Positions 29,313-44,421 are shown, counted from the first letter of the whole stretch. The stretch is 59,489 bases of DNA, filler included, from 3 parts of 3 records of this genome joined end to end with filler, not necessarily neighbours in it; one strand, 5' to 3'. Notes: generated by a model not told the origin, from the sequence alone. Numbers and translations are program-made.

Positions 29313-32246
29313 ATGTCAGCTTATAAAAATAAAATATTTCAAACAACTTCATTCCTAAGTAAATCAAATTCTTCTTATATAGAGGAGATGTATGAAAAAT
29401 TCTGCAATAGCCCCGATGATGTACCTGATAGTTGGAGACAATACTTTGATGGCATTACTGATAATCATAACATAGCAAAAAAAGAGATTAGTGGAGTTTC
29501 ATGGGCCCCAAAAAAAATGAAATTATCTTCTGATATTGACCCTGATGTATATGAAAAATTTATTCCACAAAATTTAACATATTCAGTTGAACAAAAAATT
29601 AAAAAGGAAAATCCTGCAAGCTCAACTCTAGACATAGAAAGTAGCACTAAAGATTCTGTAAGAGCAATTATGATGATAAGAGCCTATCGCATAAGAGGTC
29701 ATCTCAATGCAGATTTGGATCCATTACAATTAATTGAGAAAGAATATGCCTCTGAGCTAGATCCTAAAACGTATGGATTTAGTGAAGATGACTTAAATAA
29801 AAAAATTTTTTTAGATGCAGTTTTGGGTTTAAAGTATGCAACACTTAAAGAGATATTAGAAATTTTAAATAGAACGTACTGTTCTAATATTGGTTTTGAA
29901 TTTATGCATATGACCGATCCAAATGAAAAAAGCTGGATACAATCTCGTATAGAAGGAAAAGATAAAGAAATTCATTTCACTGAAAAAGGAAAAAAGGCAA
30001 TTTTAAATAGATTAATTGAAGCGGAAGGATTTGAGAAGTACTTAGCTAAAAAATATGTAGGAACAAAAAGATTTGGCCTAGATGGTTGTGAATCTCTAAT
30101 ACCTGCAATGGAACAGATTATTAAAAGAGGAGGTGCGCTAGGTTGTAAAGAAGTAAAGATTGCAATGCCTCATAGAGGAAGATTAAATATTTTAACAAAC
30201 GTAATTCAAAAACCCTTAAAAAAAATTTTCAAAGAATTTGCTGGTGATCCTGGAATAGCTAGTGGCGGGGTTTCTGGAGATGTTAAATATCACTTAGGTG
30301 CATCTGCAAATCGTGAGTTTGATGGCAATTTAGTTCATGTTAGTTTAACAGCTAATCCTTCACATTTAGAGGCAGTTAATCCAGTTGTTCTAGGTCAAAC
30401 TAGAGCAAAACAAGATTATCACAAAGATAAAGAGAGAAATAAAGTTATACCAATTTTATTACACGGCGATGCAGCTTTTGCCGGCCAAGGTATTGTTGCA
30501 GAATGTTTTGCAATGTCTGGTTTGACAGGTCACAATATTGGCGGAACGATTCATATAATTGTAAATAATCAAATTGGTTTTACGACTCAGCCAGAATTTC
30601 TAAGATCTTCGCCTTATCCTTCTGAGGTAGCTAAAATGGTTCAAGCTCCAATTTTTCACGTGAATGGAGACGATCCTGAGGCAGTAACTTATTGCGCAAA
30701 GGTGGCAACAGAGTTTAGGCAAGAATTTAAAAGAGACGTAGTTATAGACATATTTTGTTATAGAAAATTTGGTCATAATGAAGGTGATGAGCCGTCATTT
30801 ACTCAACCAATTATGTATAAAAAGATCAAGGATCAAGTCTCAACTTTGGAGAAATATGGAAAAAAATTAATAAAAGAGGGCACACTAACGGAGCAAGATT
30901 TTGAAGAACAAAAAAAAGATTATCAAAAAAAATTAGATGAAGAATTTGAGGCATCAAAAAATTATAAGTCAAATGAATATGATTGGTTTACTGGCGTTTG
31001 GTCTAAGTTTACTTCTGAGCTTGGTCAAGATAGACGGGGTGTTACAGGGATTGACATTGAAAAAATTAAAAGTTTAGGAAGGAAATTAAATTCGATTCCA
31101 ACAAATTTTAAAGCACATAAAACTATTTCAAGAATTTTTGAAAATAGAATTAAAATGCTGGATACTGGAAAAGATTTTGATTGGGCAATGGCAGAAACTT
31201 TGGCCCTGGGTAGTATATCTGATGAAGGTTATGGAGTGAGGTTAGTGGGACAAGATTCCGTTAGGGGTACTTTTAGTCATCGACACGCAGGTATAAATGA
31301 CCAAGTAACTGGTCAGAGATATTTTCCAATTAAAAATCTATCCGCAAATCAAGGCAAAGTTGAAATAATAGATAGTCTTTTGTCCGAAATGGGTGTTTTA
31401 GGATTTGAGTATGGATATTCTTTAACCGATCCAGATACCTTGGTTTTATGGGAAGCTCAATTTGGAGATTTTGCAAATGGTGCCCAAGTAATTTTTGATC
31501 AGTTTATAAGTTCTGGAGAAAAAAAATGGACAAGGGCTAGTGGATTAGTATTGCTTTTGCCACATGGTTATGAAGGTCAAGGGCCCGAACATTCATCTGC
31601 AAGAATCGAAAGATATTTACAAGCATGTGCTCAAGAAAATATTCAAGTAGTAAACTGTACAACTCCAGCAAATTACTTCCATGCTTTGAGAAGGCAAATT
31701 CATAGACCATTCCGAAAGCCATTAGTTATTTTTACACCAAAATCACTTCTAAGACACAAAAGATGTATTTCTGAGATAGAAGATTTTACTAAGGACAATT
31801 CATTTCACAGAGTCCTTTCAGATAAAGCTGAATACAAAAAATACAATATGATACCATTGGAAAAAGATGAAAAAATTGAAAGAGTAATTTTATGTTCAGG
31901 AAAAATTTATTATGATCTAGTTGATGCAAGAGAAAAGCTTAAAGCTAACAAGGTTCAAATCGTTCGTGTCGAACAACTATACCCGTTTCCAGCTAAAACT
32001 TTAGCTAGGCATTTAAGTAGATTTTCAAATGCAAAAAAATTTGTGTGGTGTCAGGAAGAACCACAAAATATGGGATGCTGGAATCATGTGGAAAGATATA
32101 TTGCTCGTACGCTAGACTATTTAAAGGCAAAATCAAAAAAAGTAATATATACGGGTAGATCACCCTCTGCTTCACCCGCTACTGGCTATCTTAAAAAACA
32201 TCTTGCCCAACAGCAAGAAATTGTTACAAAAGCGATTACTATATAA
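29313..32246 (+). CDS. sucA: 2-oxoglutarate dehydrogenase E1
   Basis: [51 protein letters not shown]. Confidence 0.98.
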   Translation: MSAYKNKIFQTTSFLSKSNSSYIEEMYEKFCNSPDDVPDSWRQYFDGITDNHNIAKKEISGVSWAPKKMKLSSDIDPDVYEKFIPQNLTYSVEQKIKKENPASSTLDIESSTKDSVRAIMMIRAYRIRGHLNADLDPLQLIEKEYASELDPKTYGFSEDDLNKKIFLDAVLGLKYATLKEILEILNRTYCSNIGFEFMHMTDPNEKSWIQSRIEGKDKEIHFTEKGKKAILNRLIEAEGFEKYLAKKYVGTKRFGLDGCESLIPAMEQIIKRGGALGCKEVKIAMPHRGRLNILTNVIQKPLKKIFKEFAGDPGIASGGVSGDVKYHLGASANREFDGNLVHVSLTANPSHLEAVNPVVLGQTRAKQDYHKDKERNKVIPILLHGDAAFAGQGIVAECFAMSGLTGHNIGGTIHIIVNNQIGFTTQPEFLRSSPYPSEVAKMVQAPIFHVNGDDPEAVTYCAKVATEFRQEFKRDVVIDIFCYRKFGHNEGDEPSFTQPIMYKKIKDQVSTLEKYGKKLIKEGTLTEQDFEEQKKDYQKKLDEEFEASKNYKSNEYDWFTGVWSKFTSELGQDRRGVTGIDIEKIKSLGRKLNSIPTNFKAHKTISRIFENRIKMLDTGKDFDWAMAETLALGSISDEGYGVRLVGQDSVRGTFSHRHAGINDQVTGQRYFPIKNLSANQGKVEIIDSLLSEMGVLGFEYGYSLTDPDTLVLWEAQFGDFANGAQVIFDQFISSGEKKWTRASGLVLLLPHGYEGQGPEHSSARIERYLQACAQENIQVVNCTTPANYFHALRRQIHRPFRKPLVIFTPKSLLRHKRCISEIEDFTKDNSFHRVLSDKAEYKKYNMIPLEKDEKIERVILCSGKIYYDLVDAREKLKANKVQIVRVEQLYPFPAKTLARHLSRFSNAKKFVWCQEEPQNMGCWNHVERYIARTLDYLKAKSKKVIYTGRSPSASPATGYLKKHLAQQQEIVTKAITI

Positions 32247-33451
32247 TGAGTGCACCAATTCTTGTTCCATCTCTTGGAGAGTCTGTAACTGAAGCTACAG
32301 TAGCAAAATGGTTAAAAAAATCTGGCGATCAAGTAAACGAAGACGAGCCATTAGTTGAATTAGAAACTGATAAAGTCAGTGTAGAAGTTACTTCTCCATC
32401 CACAGGAGTTTTATCTGAGATTAATGTTAATGAAGGTGAGACTGTTGAGGTGGGAGCCAAACTAGGAGTTATTGGAGAATCTAAATCACAAATAAATAAA
32501 ATTGAAAAAGAAGAAGCTGTAGAAAAAGTAACTAAAGAATTGTCGGTAAAAGAAGATGAGTCTAAAGTTGTTCAGCTTAATGTTGAAAAAAAAATTACAG
32601 ATCCATCTCCTTCAGCAAAAAGAATCATAGCAGAGAATAATTTGGATATTTCTACCATTCAAGGAAGTGGAAAAAGAGGGCAAATTTTAAAAAGTGATTT
32701 AATTGGTCTAATGGGCATTAATCCTGCAATCGATAAAAAATTCCAGGAAAAAGGACCCGAAGAAAGAGTAAAAATGTCCAGACTAAGAGCTACGATTGCA
32801 AAAAGATTGAAAGAAGCACAAAATACTGCAGCAATGCTAACGACTTTTAATGAAGTTGATATGTCGATGATTATGCAAATTAGAAAAGATAACAAAGAAG
32901 AATTTGAAAAGATTTATAATGTTAAACTTGGATTCATGTCATTTTTTGTAAAAGCGTGCGTCAATGGATTGCAAACTTTTCCTGCAGTGAATGCTGAAGT
33001 TCAAGATGAAGAAATTGTATACAAAAATTATTATAATATAGGTGTAGCTGTTGGTACAGATAAAGGATTAGTAGTGCCAGTTGTTCGTGGTGCTGACCAA
33101 ATGTCATTCGCAGATATTGAAAAAGAAATTATTGGTTTAGGTAATAAAGCGAGAAATGGACAGTTATCAATTGAAGATCTGCAAGGTGGAACTTTTACAA
33201 TAACCAATGGAGGAATATATGGATCGATGTTATCAACTCCAATATTAAACCCTCCACAATCTGGAGTTCTTGGAATGCATAACATTGTTCAAAGGCCAAT
33301 CGTCATTAATGGAAAAATTGAAATTAGACCAATGATGTATTTAGCGCTATCATATGATCATAGAATAATTGATGGAAAAGAGGCTGTTTCTTTTTTAGTG
33401 AGAGTTAAAGAAATTTTAGAAGATCCAAGAAGATTATTTTTAAATTTATAA
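32246..33451 (+). CDS. sucB: Dihydrolipoamide succinyltransferase E2
   Basis: ETDKV lipoyl site, [17 protein letters not shown]. Confidence 0.97.
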   Translation: MSAPILVPSLGESVTEATVAKWLKKSGDQVNEDEPLVELETDKVSVEVTSPSTGVLSEINVNEGETVEVGAKLGVIGESKSQINKIEKEEAVEKVTKELSVKEDESKVVQLNVEKKITDPSPSAKRIIAENNLDISTIQGSGKRGQILKSDLIGLMGINPAIDKKFQEKGPEERVKMSRLRATIAKRLKEAQNTAAMLTTFNEVDMSMIMQIRKDNKEEFEKIYNVKLGFMSFFVKACVNGLQTFPAVNAEVQDEEIVYKNYYNIGVAVGTDKGLVVPVVRGADQMSFADIEKEIIGLGNKARNGQLSIEDLQGGTFTITNGGIYGSMLSTPILNPPQSGVLGMHNIVQRPIVINGKIEIRPMMYLALSYDHRIIDGKEAVSFLVRVKEILEDPRRLFLNL

Positions 33452-34848
33452 TGGAAGAATTTGATATTATAGTTATTGGAGGCGGACCCGGCGGTTATGT
33501 TTGTGCGATTAGGGCAGCACAATTAGGTCATAAAACAGCGTGTATTGAGTCTCGCGGATCTCTTGGTGGAACCTGTTTAAATGTAGGATGTATACCATCA
33601 AAATCATTACTTCATTCAGCTGAAATGTATCATAAAGCAAACAAGGAATTTGAAAAAATAGGTATAAATACTGGAGAACTTTCGTTGGATATTTCTAAAA
33701 TGATGAACCATAAACTTAAGACGGTAGATGGATTAACCAAAGGTATTGAGTTTTTATTTAAGAAAAACAAGGTAACTTATATTAAAGGGCATGGAAGTTT
33801 TGCATCCAACAACATTGTAGATGTTGAGAGTTCAGAAGGTAATAAAAGCCAAGTAAAAGGTAAACACATAATTATAGCTACAGGGTCATCGGTGGCAACA
33901 CTGCCTAATATTGAAGTAGATGAAAAAATTATTGTATCATCAACAGGCGCACTTTCTCTAGAAAAAGTTCCAAATAAAATGGTAGTTATAGGCGGAGGGG
34001 TCATTGGTCTCGAGCTAGGTTCAGTTTGGATGAAGCTTGGTGCAGAGGTTGAAGTTATAGAATATATGGACCATATCTTACCTGGAATGGATAAAGAAGT
34101 TTCAGATAGTTTTTATAAAATTTTAAAAAGACAAGGAATGAAATTTAATCTTTCTTCAAAAGTAAGCGGGGTTAAAAACCAGGGCAAGAACGCTCTAATA
34201 CAATTTGAAAAAGATGGCTCCAACCAAAATCTAACTGCTGACGTAGTTCTAGTTTGTGTTGGAAGGAAAGCAAATACCGAAGGATTAAAGTTAGAAAATG
34301 CAAATATTGAAAAAGATGAGAGAAATAGAGTTAAAATAGATAAACATTTTCAAACAAATGTTCAAAACATTTACGCGATTGGAGATGTAGTTGCTGGACC
34401 AATGTTGGCTCATAAAGCAGAAGAAGAAGGAATTGCAGTTGCTGAAATTATTTCAGGAAAGTTTGGTCATGTTAATTATAACGTCATTCCTAATGTAGTG
34501 TATACGCACCCCGAAATAGCTTCTGTTGGTAAGACAGAGGAAGAATTAAAAAAAGATTCAATTGAATATAAAGCTGGTAAATTTCCATTTATGGCTAACT
34601 CAAAAGCTAAAGTTAATGATGAAGCCGAAGGTTTTGTAAAAATTTTAGCTGACAAAACAACAGATAAAATTCTAGGTGTTCATATTGTTGGACCAGATGC
34701 AGGAAATCTAATCGCAGAATTGGCATTGGCTATGGAATTTGGCGCAAGTTCAGAGGATATAGCTAGAACGTGTCATGCTCATCCCACATTAACTGAAGCG
34801 GTAAAAGAAGCTGCTTTAGCAGTAGATAAAAGACCAATACATATGTAG
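33451..34848 (+). CDS. lpdA: Dihydrolipoyl dehydrogenase E3
   Basis: [28 protein letters not shown]. Confidence 0.98.
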   Translation: MEEFDIIVIGGGPGGYVCAIRAAQLGHKTACIESRGSLGGTCLNVGCIPSKSLLHSAEMYHKANKEFEKIGINTGELSLDISKMMNHKLKTVDGLTKGIEFLFKKNKVTYIKGHGSFASNNIVDVESSEGNKSQVKGKHIIIATGSSVATLPNIEVDEKIIVSSTGALSLEKVPNKMVVIGGGVIGLELGSVWMKLGAEVEVIEYMDHILPGMDKEVSDSFYKILKRQGMKFNLSSKVSGVKNQGKNALIQFEKDGSNQNLTADVVLVCVGRKANTEGLKLENANIEKDERNRVKIDKHFQTNVQNIYAIGDVVAGPMLAHKAEEEGIAVAEIISGKFGHVNYNVIPNVVYTHPEIASVGKTEEELKKDSIEYKAGKFPFMANSKAKVNDEAEGFVKILADKTTDKILGVHIVGPDAGNLIAELALAMEFGASSEDIARTCHAHPTLTEAVKEAALAVDKRPIHM

Positions 34849-35505
34849 CTAACTAATCTTTTGATTAGTACTTTTCCAATCATCAAGAAATATTTGTAAT
34901 CCTTTATCTGTTAAGTCGTGTTTATAGAGCTCATGAAAAACCTTAGGTGGAATGGTTACGATATCTGAACCAGCTATGGCTACATCTTTTACATGATCTA
35001 TATTTCTAACAGATGCTGAAAGAATTTTTGTTTTAAGCTCTTTATAATTATCAAAAACTTTTCTAATATCTTTGATGAGTTGAACGCCATTTTGACCAAT
35101 ATCATCCAATCTTCCTATAAAAGGGGATATGTATGTTGCTCCAGATTTTGCAGCTAATAAAGCTTGAGTTACTGAAAAACACAAGGTCACATTAGTCTTA
35201 AAACCTTTTTTATAAAGTATTGAGCAAGCTTTTAATCCATCGAATGTCAAGGGCAGTTTGATTACAATATTTTTTGCAATTTTTTTTAGGATTTTAGCCT
35301 CTTTGATCATGCTATTAAAATCAGTGGCTGTAACTTCTGCACTAACAGGCCCCTTAATTTCTTTGCATATTTCTTTTAATATAACCTTAATATTTTTGTC
35401 TTGTTTCGCAATTAATGATGGATTGGTGGTTATTCCATCCACTAATCCTGTTTTATTAATCTCTTTGATTTCTTTAATATCTGATGAGTCTATGTATATT
35501 TTCAT
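34849..35505 (-). CDS. tal: Transaldolase (TalC/Fsa-size family)
   Basis: [13 protein letters not shown] Schiff-base Lys; SAEV (Glu) and SPF (Phe) indicate transaldolase rather than FSA. Confidence 0.9.
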   Translation of the reverse strand: MKIYIDSSDIKEIKEINKTGLVDGITTNPSLIAKQDKNIKVILKEICKEIKGPVSAEVTATDFNSMIKEAKILKKIAKNIVIKLPLTFDGLKACSILYKKGFKTNVTLCFSVTQALLAAKSGATYISPFIGRLDDIGQNGVQLIKDIRKVFDNYKELKTKILSASVRNIDHVKDVAIAGSDIVTIPPKVFHELYKHDLTDKGLQIFLDDWKSTNQKIS

Positions 35506-35546
35506 ATTCGAAATTTATAATTTTTTTTAAAAAATACAAATTTATT

Positions 35547-37517
35547 ATGCTTGTTGAAGTCTTACTACCTCTTAATTTTGATCAAACTTTTACTTATGAG
35601 ATAGATCAAGATATTGAAATTGGACAATATGTTTCTGTATCATTTAAAAATAAAGAAGTTATTGGCGTAATATGGAGTGTAAATTCAAAACCTTTAAAAA
35701 AAAGTATCAGGATTAAAAAAATACAAAAAAAATTTACCCTTCCACCTCTATCAGAAAATAAAATAAATTTTTTAAAGTTAATGGCTAATTATAATTTAGT
35801 TAATATTGGGTTAATATTGAATTTATTTTTATACAAAAAAGGATTTGCAAGTTTAGAAAAAGGATTAAAAAAAATCAAAAACTTTGAACAATATATTCCA
35901 AAATTCAATGAAAAAATTCAATTAAATACTGAGCAAAAAGATATTTTAGAATTAGTAAAAAAAAAAATTAACTTTACTAAATTTTCAACTAGTTTACTGC
36001 AGGGAATACCAGGTTCTGGTAAGACACATGTATATTTTGAATTAATTAAAGAAGCTTTAAAGCAAAATTACCAAGTTTTGGTTCTTTTGCCTGAAAAAGG
36101 TCTAAGTGAACAAATTGCAGAAAGATTTAAAGATTTTTTTAATTATGAGCCAGCAATTTGGCATTCAGGAATTAAAGATAAAACAAAAAAAATAATTTGG
36201 AAAGGTGTTTTTCAAAAAAAAGTTAATCTTGTCTTGGGAGCAAGATCAGCAATTTTTTTACCTTTTCAAAACCTAAAACTCATCATTATAGATGAGGAGC
36301 ACGACTCTTCTTATAAGCAAGAAGATGGAGTGCCCTTTAATGCACGTGATATGGCGATACTTCAAGCATCAATAGATAAGTTTCCTATATTTTTAATTAG
36401 TGCAACACCATCAGTTGAAACATATTTTAATTGTTCAAATAATAAATATCATTTGTTTTCTTTATCCTCGCGTTATAATCAATCTCAACTACCAGAAGTA
36501 AAAACAATAAAACTGACTAAAGAAAATATTTCAGAAAATAATTTCATATCAAATGAAGTTGTGGATGAGGTTAAGAATTATCTTAAATTAAACAATCAAG
36601 TTCTCTTTTTTTTAAATCGAAGGGGACATTCGACGTTCTTATTTTGTTATAAATGTATGAAAAGACTAGAATGCCCTAAGTGTTCAGTTGGTCTTGTATA
36701 TCATAAGAAAAACAATTTTGCTTTATGCCACTATTGTAACTATTCCACTAGATTAGACAGAAAATGCAAAGATGACTCTTTATGTCAATTCAAGTTTTAT
36801 GGTTTGGGCCTAGAAAAGATTTTTGAAGAAGTTAAAAATAAATTCAAAGGATATGAAGTTGATATTTTATCAAGTGATATCTCAGATTATGAGCAATTTA
36901 AAAAACAATTAAAAAAAATTGAAAATAATAAAGTTAATATCATTGTAGCCACTCAAATAGTTTCAAAAGGTTTTAATTTTAAAAATTTAAATTTAATTGT
37001 TGCAGTTAATTGTGATAGTGGATTTCTAGGTAATGACATTAGAGCCTCTGAGAAAAATTATCAATTACTCTATCAATTGGCAGGTCGTGCGGGAAGATTT
37101 AATCAAAAATCTAAAATTTTTTTACAAACTTTCGATGAAAAAAATAATATCTTCAATTCCTTAAAGAAATTTGATTCTGATCTTTTTTATAAAAATGAAA
37201 TTATCTTTAGAAAAAATGCTCAACTACCACCATTTAATAAATTTATATCTATTACTATATCTGGAAAAAATAATTTTCATGTTCAAAAGTATGCTCAAGA
37301 ATTAAAAAGTGTATTACCCAGGAATGAATTAATAAAAATTTATGGTCCTGTAACTGCCGCAATCTATAAAATTAAATATGATTTTAGGGTTCGTTTACTA
37401 ATTAAATACAACCCCAAAGTTACACCCCAATCTGAAATTAAAAAATCTATATTGAGAAAGCCCACGCCTAGTAATTTAAAGCTTCAAGTTGATGTAGATC
37501 CTTTAAATTTTACATGA
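35547..37517 (+). CDS. priA: Primosomal protein N' (replication restart helicase)
   Basis: GIPGSGKT, DEEHD, SATPS, NRRGH, Cys cluster, QLAGRAGR, VDVDP; start moved to MLVEVLLP. Confidence 0.95.
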   Translation: MLVEVLLPLNFDQTFTYEIDQDIEIGQYVSVSFKNKEVIGVIWSVNSKPLKKSIRIKKIQKKFTLPPLSENKINFLKLMANYNLVNIGLILNLFLYKKGFASLEKGLKKIKNFEQYIPKFNEKIQLNTEQKDILELVKKKINFTKFSTSLLQGIPGSGKTHVYFELIKEALKQNYQVLVLLPEKGLSEQIAERFKDFFNYEPAIWHSGIKDKTKKIIWKGVFQKKVNLVLGARSAIFLPFQNLKLIIIDEEHDSSYKQEDGVPFNARDMAILQASIDKFPIFLISATPSVETYFNCSNNKYHLFSLSSRYNQSQLPEVKTIKLTKENISENNFISNEVVDEVKNYLKLNNQVLFFLNRRGHSTFLFCYKCMKRLECPKCSVGLVYHKKNNFALCHYCNYSTRLDRKCKDDSLCQFKFYGLGLEKIFEEVKNKFKGYEVDILSSDISDYEQFKKQLKKIENNKVNIIVATQIVSKGFNFKNLNLIVAVNCDSGFLGNDIRASEKNYQLLYQLAGRAGRFNQKSKIFLQTFDEKNNIFNSLKKFDSDLFYKNEIIFRKNAQLPPFNKFISITISGKNNFHVQKYAQELKSVLPRNELIKIYGPVTAAIYKIKYDFRVRLLIKYNPKVTPQSEIKKSILRKPTPSNLKLQVDVDPLNFT

Positions 37518-37596
37518 TGATGACATCTTGTCCAATTATCTAGCTTGATATGACCATTGCTCGATGGTAATTAACTGGCGAAAAAAAGGGATAAAT

Positions 37597-38145
37597 TTGA
37601 CTCAAAATAATCAAAACTTTTCAGATGCGGCCGGCAGGTATGCATTGTCATTATTTGAAATAAGTAGTGAAGAAAATGTACTTGATCAGATTGAATTAAA
37701 TGTAAAATTTATTGATCAAGCTTTTTTAAATTGTGAAGATTTTAAAAAATTTATAACTAACCCTACTTTAAAAAAAATAGATAGACTGACTGTTATAGAT
37801 GAGCTTGGAAAACTAAACAATTTTAATATACTTTTTATTAATTTTTTAAAAATTTTAGTAGAGAAAAACCGTATTTTTTTTTTAGAAAAAATTATCAAAA
37901 ATTTTAAAAGTATTTTGTCTAATTTCAGAGGTGAATTAAATGCTACTGTTTCTTTACCAACAAAAATGTCAGATAAACAAATAAAAGAAATTGAAAGTAT
38001 GTTGAACGATGTGATTAAAAAGAAAGTTAATTTGGATTTTAAATTTGATCCAACTTTAATATCTGGAGCAAAGCTTCAAATAGGAAGTTTAATGGTAGAT
38101 GATACCGCTAAAGCTAAATTTAATAAAATATTAAATAACTTGTAG
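37597..38145 (+). CDS. atpH: ATP synthase F1 delta subunit
   Basis: [22 protein letters not shown]; likely TTG start at 37597 after AAGGGA. Confidence 0.93.
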   Translation: MTQNNQNFSDAAGRYALSLFEISSEENVLDQIELNVKFIDQAFLNCEDFKKFITNPTLKKIDRLTVIDELGKLNNFNILFINFLKILVEKNRIFFLEKIIKNFKSILSNFRGELNATVSLPTKMSDKQIKEIESMLNDVIKKKVNLDFKFDPTLISGAKLQIGSLMVDDTAKAKFNKILNNL

Positions 38146-38155
38146 GAGAATAAAA

Positions 38156-39688
38156 ATGGATATTAACCCATCTGAAATATCGAAAGTAATCAAAGATCAA
38201 ATTAAAAATTTTGGAAAAGATGCCGAAGTATCTGAGATAGGCCAAGTGTTATCTGTAGGAGACGGTATTGCTAGAATCTACGGATTGGATAATGTGCAAG
38301 CTGGGGAAATGGTTGAGTTTTCAGAAGGTACAAAAGGAATGGCCCTTAACCTTGAAACAGATAACGTTGGAGTTGTTATATTTGGAGATGACTCAAAAAT
38401 TAAAGAAGGTGATACAGTTAAAAGAACAGGAAAAATTGTTGACGTACCTGTAGGTAAAGAACTTTTAGGTAGAGTTGTTGATGGCCTTGGTAATCCTATA
38501 GATGGGAAGGGTCCAATAAATTCCAAAGAAAGAAAACGAGTAGAAGTTAAAGCACCAGGTATCATACCTAGAAAATCAGTAAATGAGCCAATGCAAACTG
38601 GTTTAAAAGCAATCGATAGCTTGATACCAATCGGAAGAGGACAAAGAGAATTAATCATTGGAGACAGGCAAACTGGTAAAACAGCAATTGCAATTGACAC
38701 TATTATTAATCAAAAAGAGATTAACAAATCAAATGACGAGTCAAAAAAATTATATTGTGTTTACGTTGCTATAGGTCAAAAAAGATCAACAGTTGCTCAA
38801 ATTGTTAAAACTTTAGAAGATGCAGGAGCGATGGAATATTCAATTGTTGTTGCAGCAACCGCTTCAGATCCTGCTCCTTTACAGTTCTTGGCACCTTACA
38901 CTGGTTGTACGATGGGAGAATTTTTTAGAGATAATGGAATGCATGGTTTAATTGTCTATGATGATTTATCCAAGCAAGCTGTAGCCTATAGGCAAATGTC
39001 ATTATTATTAAGAAGACCACCAGGAAGAGAGGCTTTTCCAGGAGATGTGTTTTACCTTCACAGCAGACTACTAGAAAGAGCAGCAAAATTAAATGATGAA
39101 AATGGGGGCGGCTCTTTGACTGCATTACCAATAATTGAAACGCAGGCAAGTGATGTATCAGCATATATTCCGACAAACGTTATTTCAATTACAGATGGTC
39201 AGATATTTCTAGAAACAGAGTTATTTTTCCAAGGTGTCAGACCAGCAGTTAACGTTGGTATTTCGGTATCTAGAGTTGGCTCTGCTGCACAAATTAAAGC
39301 GATGAAACAAGTTGCAGGTACTATAAAATTAGAGCTTGCTCAGTACAGAGAGATGGCGGCATTTGCGCAATTTGGTTCTGATTTAGATGCATCTACCCAG
39401 CAGCTATTAAACAGAGGGTCAAAATTAACTGAGTTATTAAAGCAAGGGCAGTATTCACCACTGAAAGTTGAAGAGCAAGTTGTATCAATATTTGCAGGTG
39501 TGAAAGGATTTCTTGATGATATAGATAATTCAAAAATTAAAAATTTTGAAGATCAATTATTAAGCTCAATAAAGTCTCAATCACCAGATATTTTAAAAAG
39601 TATCGTTTCAACTGGTAAACTTGATGAGGCTAATGAAAATAAGCTGAAGGACTTTATTAGTAACTTTAAAAAGGAGTTTATTAAGTAA
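38156..39688 (+). CDS. atpA: ATP synthase F1 alpha subunit
   Basis: [32 protein letters not shown]. Confidence 0.99.
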   Translation: MDINPSEISKVIKDQIKNFGKDAEVSEIGQVLSVGDGIARIYGLDNVQAGEMVEFSEGTKGMALNLETDNVGVVIFGDDSKIKEGDTVKRTGKIVDVPVGKELLGRVVDGLGNPIDGKGPINSKERKRVEVKAPGIIPRKSVNEPMQTGLKAIDSLIPIGRGQRELIIGDRQTGKTAIAIDTIINQKEINKSNDESKKLYCVYVAIGQKRSTVAQIVKTLEDAGAMEYSIVVAATASDPAPLQFLAPYTGCTMGEFFRDNGMHGLIVYDDLSKQAVAYRQMSLLLRRPPGREAFPGDVFYLHSRLLERAAKLNDENGGGSLTALPIIETQASDVSAYIPTNVISITDGQIFLETELFFQGVRPAVNVGISVSRVGSAAQIKAMKQVAGTIKLELAQYREMAAFAQFGSDLDASTQQLLNRGSKLTELLKQGQYSPLKVEEQVVSIFAGVKGFLDDIDNSKIKNFEDQLLSSIKSQSPDILKSIVSTGKLDEANENKLKDFISNFKKEFIK

Positions 39689-39690
39689 GA

Positions 39691-42001
<2,311 letters not shown>

Positions 42002-42007
42002 TCAACT

Positions 42008-42391
42008 ATGCAAGTAGATATAGTTACACCTGAAAAAGTATTATTTTCTGAGAAAGATATTTCCATGGTAACTATACCTGGAATCGAAGGACAGATGGGT
42101 ATACTTGATGATCATTTGCCAGTAGTAACTTTTTTAAAGCCTGGTGTGATAAACATTCAGAATAAAAAAAATAAGTATTTTTTTACCACAGGTGGAGTTG
42201 TAGATTTTAAAAATAATTCACTAAGTATATTGTGTCAGGAGGTATATGATATTGAAGATTTATCTGACACTAAAATTAGTGAATTAAAAAAACGCGCCAA
42301 AGATGATGCTGACGACCCAAACTCTGGAGATCATGATCAATTTATTTCAAATGCCATGATTGAAGAGCTAAATTTATTACAATCTAAATAG
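42008..42391 (+). CDS. atpC: ATP synthase F1 epsilon subunit
   Basis: IVTPEK, PGIEGQMGILDDH, TGG; position after atpD. Confidence 0.93.
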   Translation: MQVDIVTPEKVLFSEKDISMVTIPGIEGQMGILDDHLPVVTFLKPGVINIQNKKNKYFFTTGGVVDFKNNSLSILCQEVYDIEDLSDTKISELKKRAKDDADDPNSGDHDQFISNAMIEELNLLQSK

Positions 42392-42851
42392 ATTTTGAAA
42401 ATTCATCAATAACAGAAAGATACAAATTCTTTTTAAAAGGAACTATTAATTCTGGCAAATCTTTCATATCAACCCATTTCCATTCACTAAACTCTGGTTT
42501 ATTTTGATGAATGTTTATTTCACTATCTGGTCCTAAAAACTTTATCAAAAACCAGTATTGTCTTTGACCTTTATATTTACCCTTCCAGATTTTGCCTATA
42601 AGGTTTTTGGGTAAATCATAAATATATTCTTTTTTAGATTGTTGTAAGATTCTTATTGATTGAATTCCTGTTTCTTCGAAGAGTTCTCTTTTAGCTGCAA
42701 CTTCGCAATTTTCATCTTTATCTACCCCCCCTTGTGGCATTTGCCAAGCTTTTTGATTATCAATTCTTCTGCCAACAAATATTTTTTTTTTGTCATTAAA
42801 AACCATCATACCTACTCCGCTACGGTATGGTAGATTATCTAAATTTTTCAT
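42384..42851 (-). CDS. rppH: RNA pyrophosphohydrolase (Nudix)
   Basis: YRSGVG, WQMPQGG, RELFEETG Nudix box, GQRQYWF. Confidence 0.93.
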   Translation of the reverse strand: MKNLDNLPYRSGVGMMVFNDKKKIFVGRRIDNQKAWQMPQGGVDKDENCEVAAKRELFEETGIQSIRILQQSKKEYIYDLPKNLIGKIWKGKYKGQRQYWFLIKFLGPDSEINIHQNKPEFSEWKWVDMKDLPELIVPFKKNLYLSVIDEFSKSI

Positions 42852-43987
42852 CAATTTTTTAGAAGTTTAATGGCATACTCTAACTGATTATCGGTTTTTG
42901 TATTTATTTTAAAATTATCTTTATTTTTTTTTACTGTAATATCCGGCTCGACACCTTTTTCGTGTATAGACTCTCCTGAAGGTAAATAATATTTTGCAGT
43001 TGTAAGTCGAAGTCCTCCTCTGTTTTTTAAAGGAATAATAGATTGGACCGATCCTTTACCGAAACTTTTTTCACCTAGCAATATTGCCCTTTTATGATCT
43101 TTAAGTGCACCCGCAACAATTTCAGAAGCTGACGCAGATCCTTGATTTATTAATATTATCAAAGGTTTTTGATTAATCGAATCTCCTTTTTTTGCATTAA
43201 ATATTTTGATATCACTTTTTTCTCTTCCTTTTGTTGAAACGATTTCTCCACCGTCGAGGAATGTTTCTGTTATTTTAATAGCTTGAGATAGAAGGCCGCC
43301 AGGGTTATTTCTTAAATCTAAAATATATCCATCGAGATTATTTTTTTTAAGCTTATTTATTTGTTTAATCAATTGACTGTGACTTTGTTCATTAAATGCT
43401 CGTAGCCTGATATAACCAATATTATTTTTATTTTCTGAAGATACTTCTCTAACTTTAATTATTGCCCTTGTTATTTTAAATTTTAATTCATCATCAACAT
43501 CAGGTCTCCTCACAACAATTATGATATTAGTCCCAACTTTTCCACGCATAAGCTTTACCGCATCCATAAGGCTCATGCCTCTTACTTGTTTATCATCAAT
43601 TTTGATAATAAAATCTCCAGCCTCTATCCCTGCTTTATCTGCCGGAGTTCCTTCAATTGGAGTAATTACCTTAACAAGTCCGCCTTCCATTGTAATTTCA
43701 ATACCTAATCCACCAAACTCGCCTCTGGTATCGTCATTCATATTTCGAAAAGACTCAGGGCTCATGTAGCCAGAGTAAGGGTCTAAGGACTGAAGCATTC
43801 CGTTAATTGCAGCATCGATAACTTCACTTTGCTCTACTTCATCAACATATTCTTTTTTAAGAGTATTTAGCACATCGCTAAAAAGATCTAGCTTCTCATA
43901 AAGTTTATCACTTGGATTAGAGTAAGCGTTAGGCGAAAAAATAATGATAAAAGAAATTAAAGCAATTTTTCTTAATATAAATTTCAT
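42851..43987 (-). CDS. ctpA: Carboxy-terminal processing protease (S41)
   Basis: LDPYS, FGGLGIE PDZ, DLRNNPGG, SASASEI, GKGSVQ; start moved to MKFILRK. Confidence 0.92.
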   Translation of the reverse strand: MKFILRKIALISFIIIFSPNAYSNPSDKLYEKLDLFSDVLNTLKKEYVDEVEQSEVIDAAINGMLQSLDPYSGYMSPESFRNMNDDTRGEFGGLGIEITMEGGLVKVITPIEGTPADKAGIEAGDFIIKIDDKQVRGMSLMDAVKLMRGKVGTNIIIVVRRPDVDDELKFKITRAIIKVREVSSENKNNIGYIRLRAFNEQSHSQLIKQINKLKKNNLDGYILDLRNNPGGLLSQAIKITETFLDGGEIVSTKGREKSDIKIFNAKKGDSINQKPLIILINQGSASASEIVAGALKDHKRAILLGEKSFGKGSVQSIIPLKNRGGLRLTTAKYYLPSGESIHEKGVEPDITVKKNKDNFKINTKTDNQLEYAIKLLKN

Positions 43988-44421
43988 TAATCTTTGTGGT
44001 AAGGATGATTTGTTAAAATAGTGGCGCATCTATAAATTTGTTCACACAATATCACTCTTACCAAAGAATGCGGAAATGTCATCTTGCTTAAGGAGATCTT
44101 CTCATACTTATCAACATTTATTGAGAAACCATCTGGTTTACCGATGAAAAAGTTTAGCAGCTCGATACCTTGATTATTAAAAGTGCTTATTGTTTTTGCC
44201 AGTTCCAAAGTTGTTATATTTGAACCACCCTCATCTAAAATAAAATTTTTTATACCTTTATTTTGAATAATTTTTTGTTTTTTTTTATCTGAAATTTTTT
44301 TAAATTCTACATTAAGAATACCACTTTTTTTTAGGGATAATGTTCTTTTGATATAATTTTCGCAAAGATGATTTTCAGCTAATTTATTTAAGCGACCTTC
44401 ACACATTATAGAGATTTTCAT
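43987..44421 (-). CDS. rlmH: 23S rRNA m3Psi1915 methyltransferase
   Basis: LDEGG, FFIG..DG, MTFPH..RVILCEQIYR, HPYH; start moved to MKISIM. Confidence 0.93.
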   Translation of the reverse strand: MKISIMCEGRLNKLAENHLCENYIKRTLSLKKSGILNVEFKKISDKKKQKIIQNKGIKNFILDEGGSNITTLELAKTISTFNNQGIELLNFFIGKPDGFSINVDKYEKISLSKMTFPHSLVRVILCEQIYRCATILTNHPYHKD

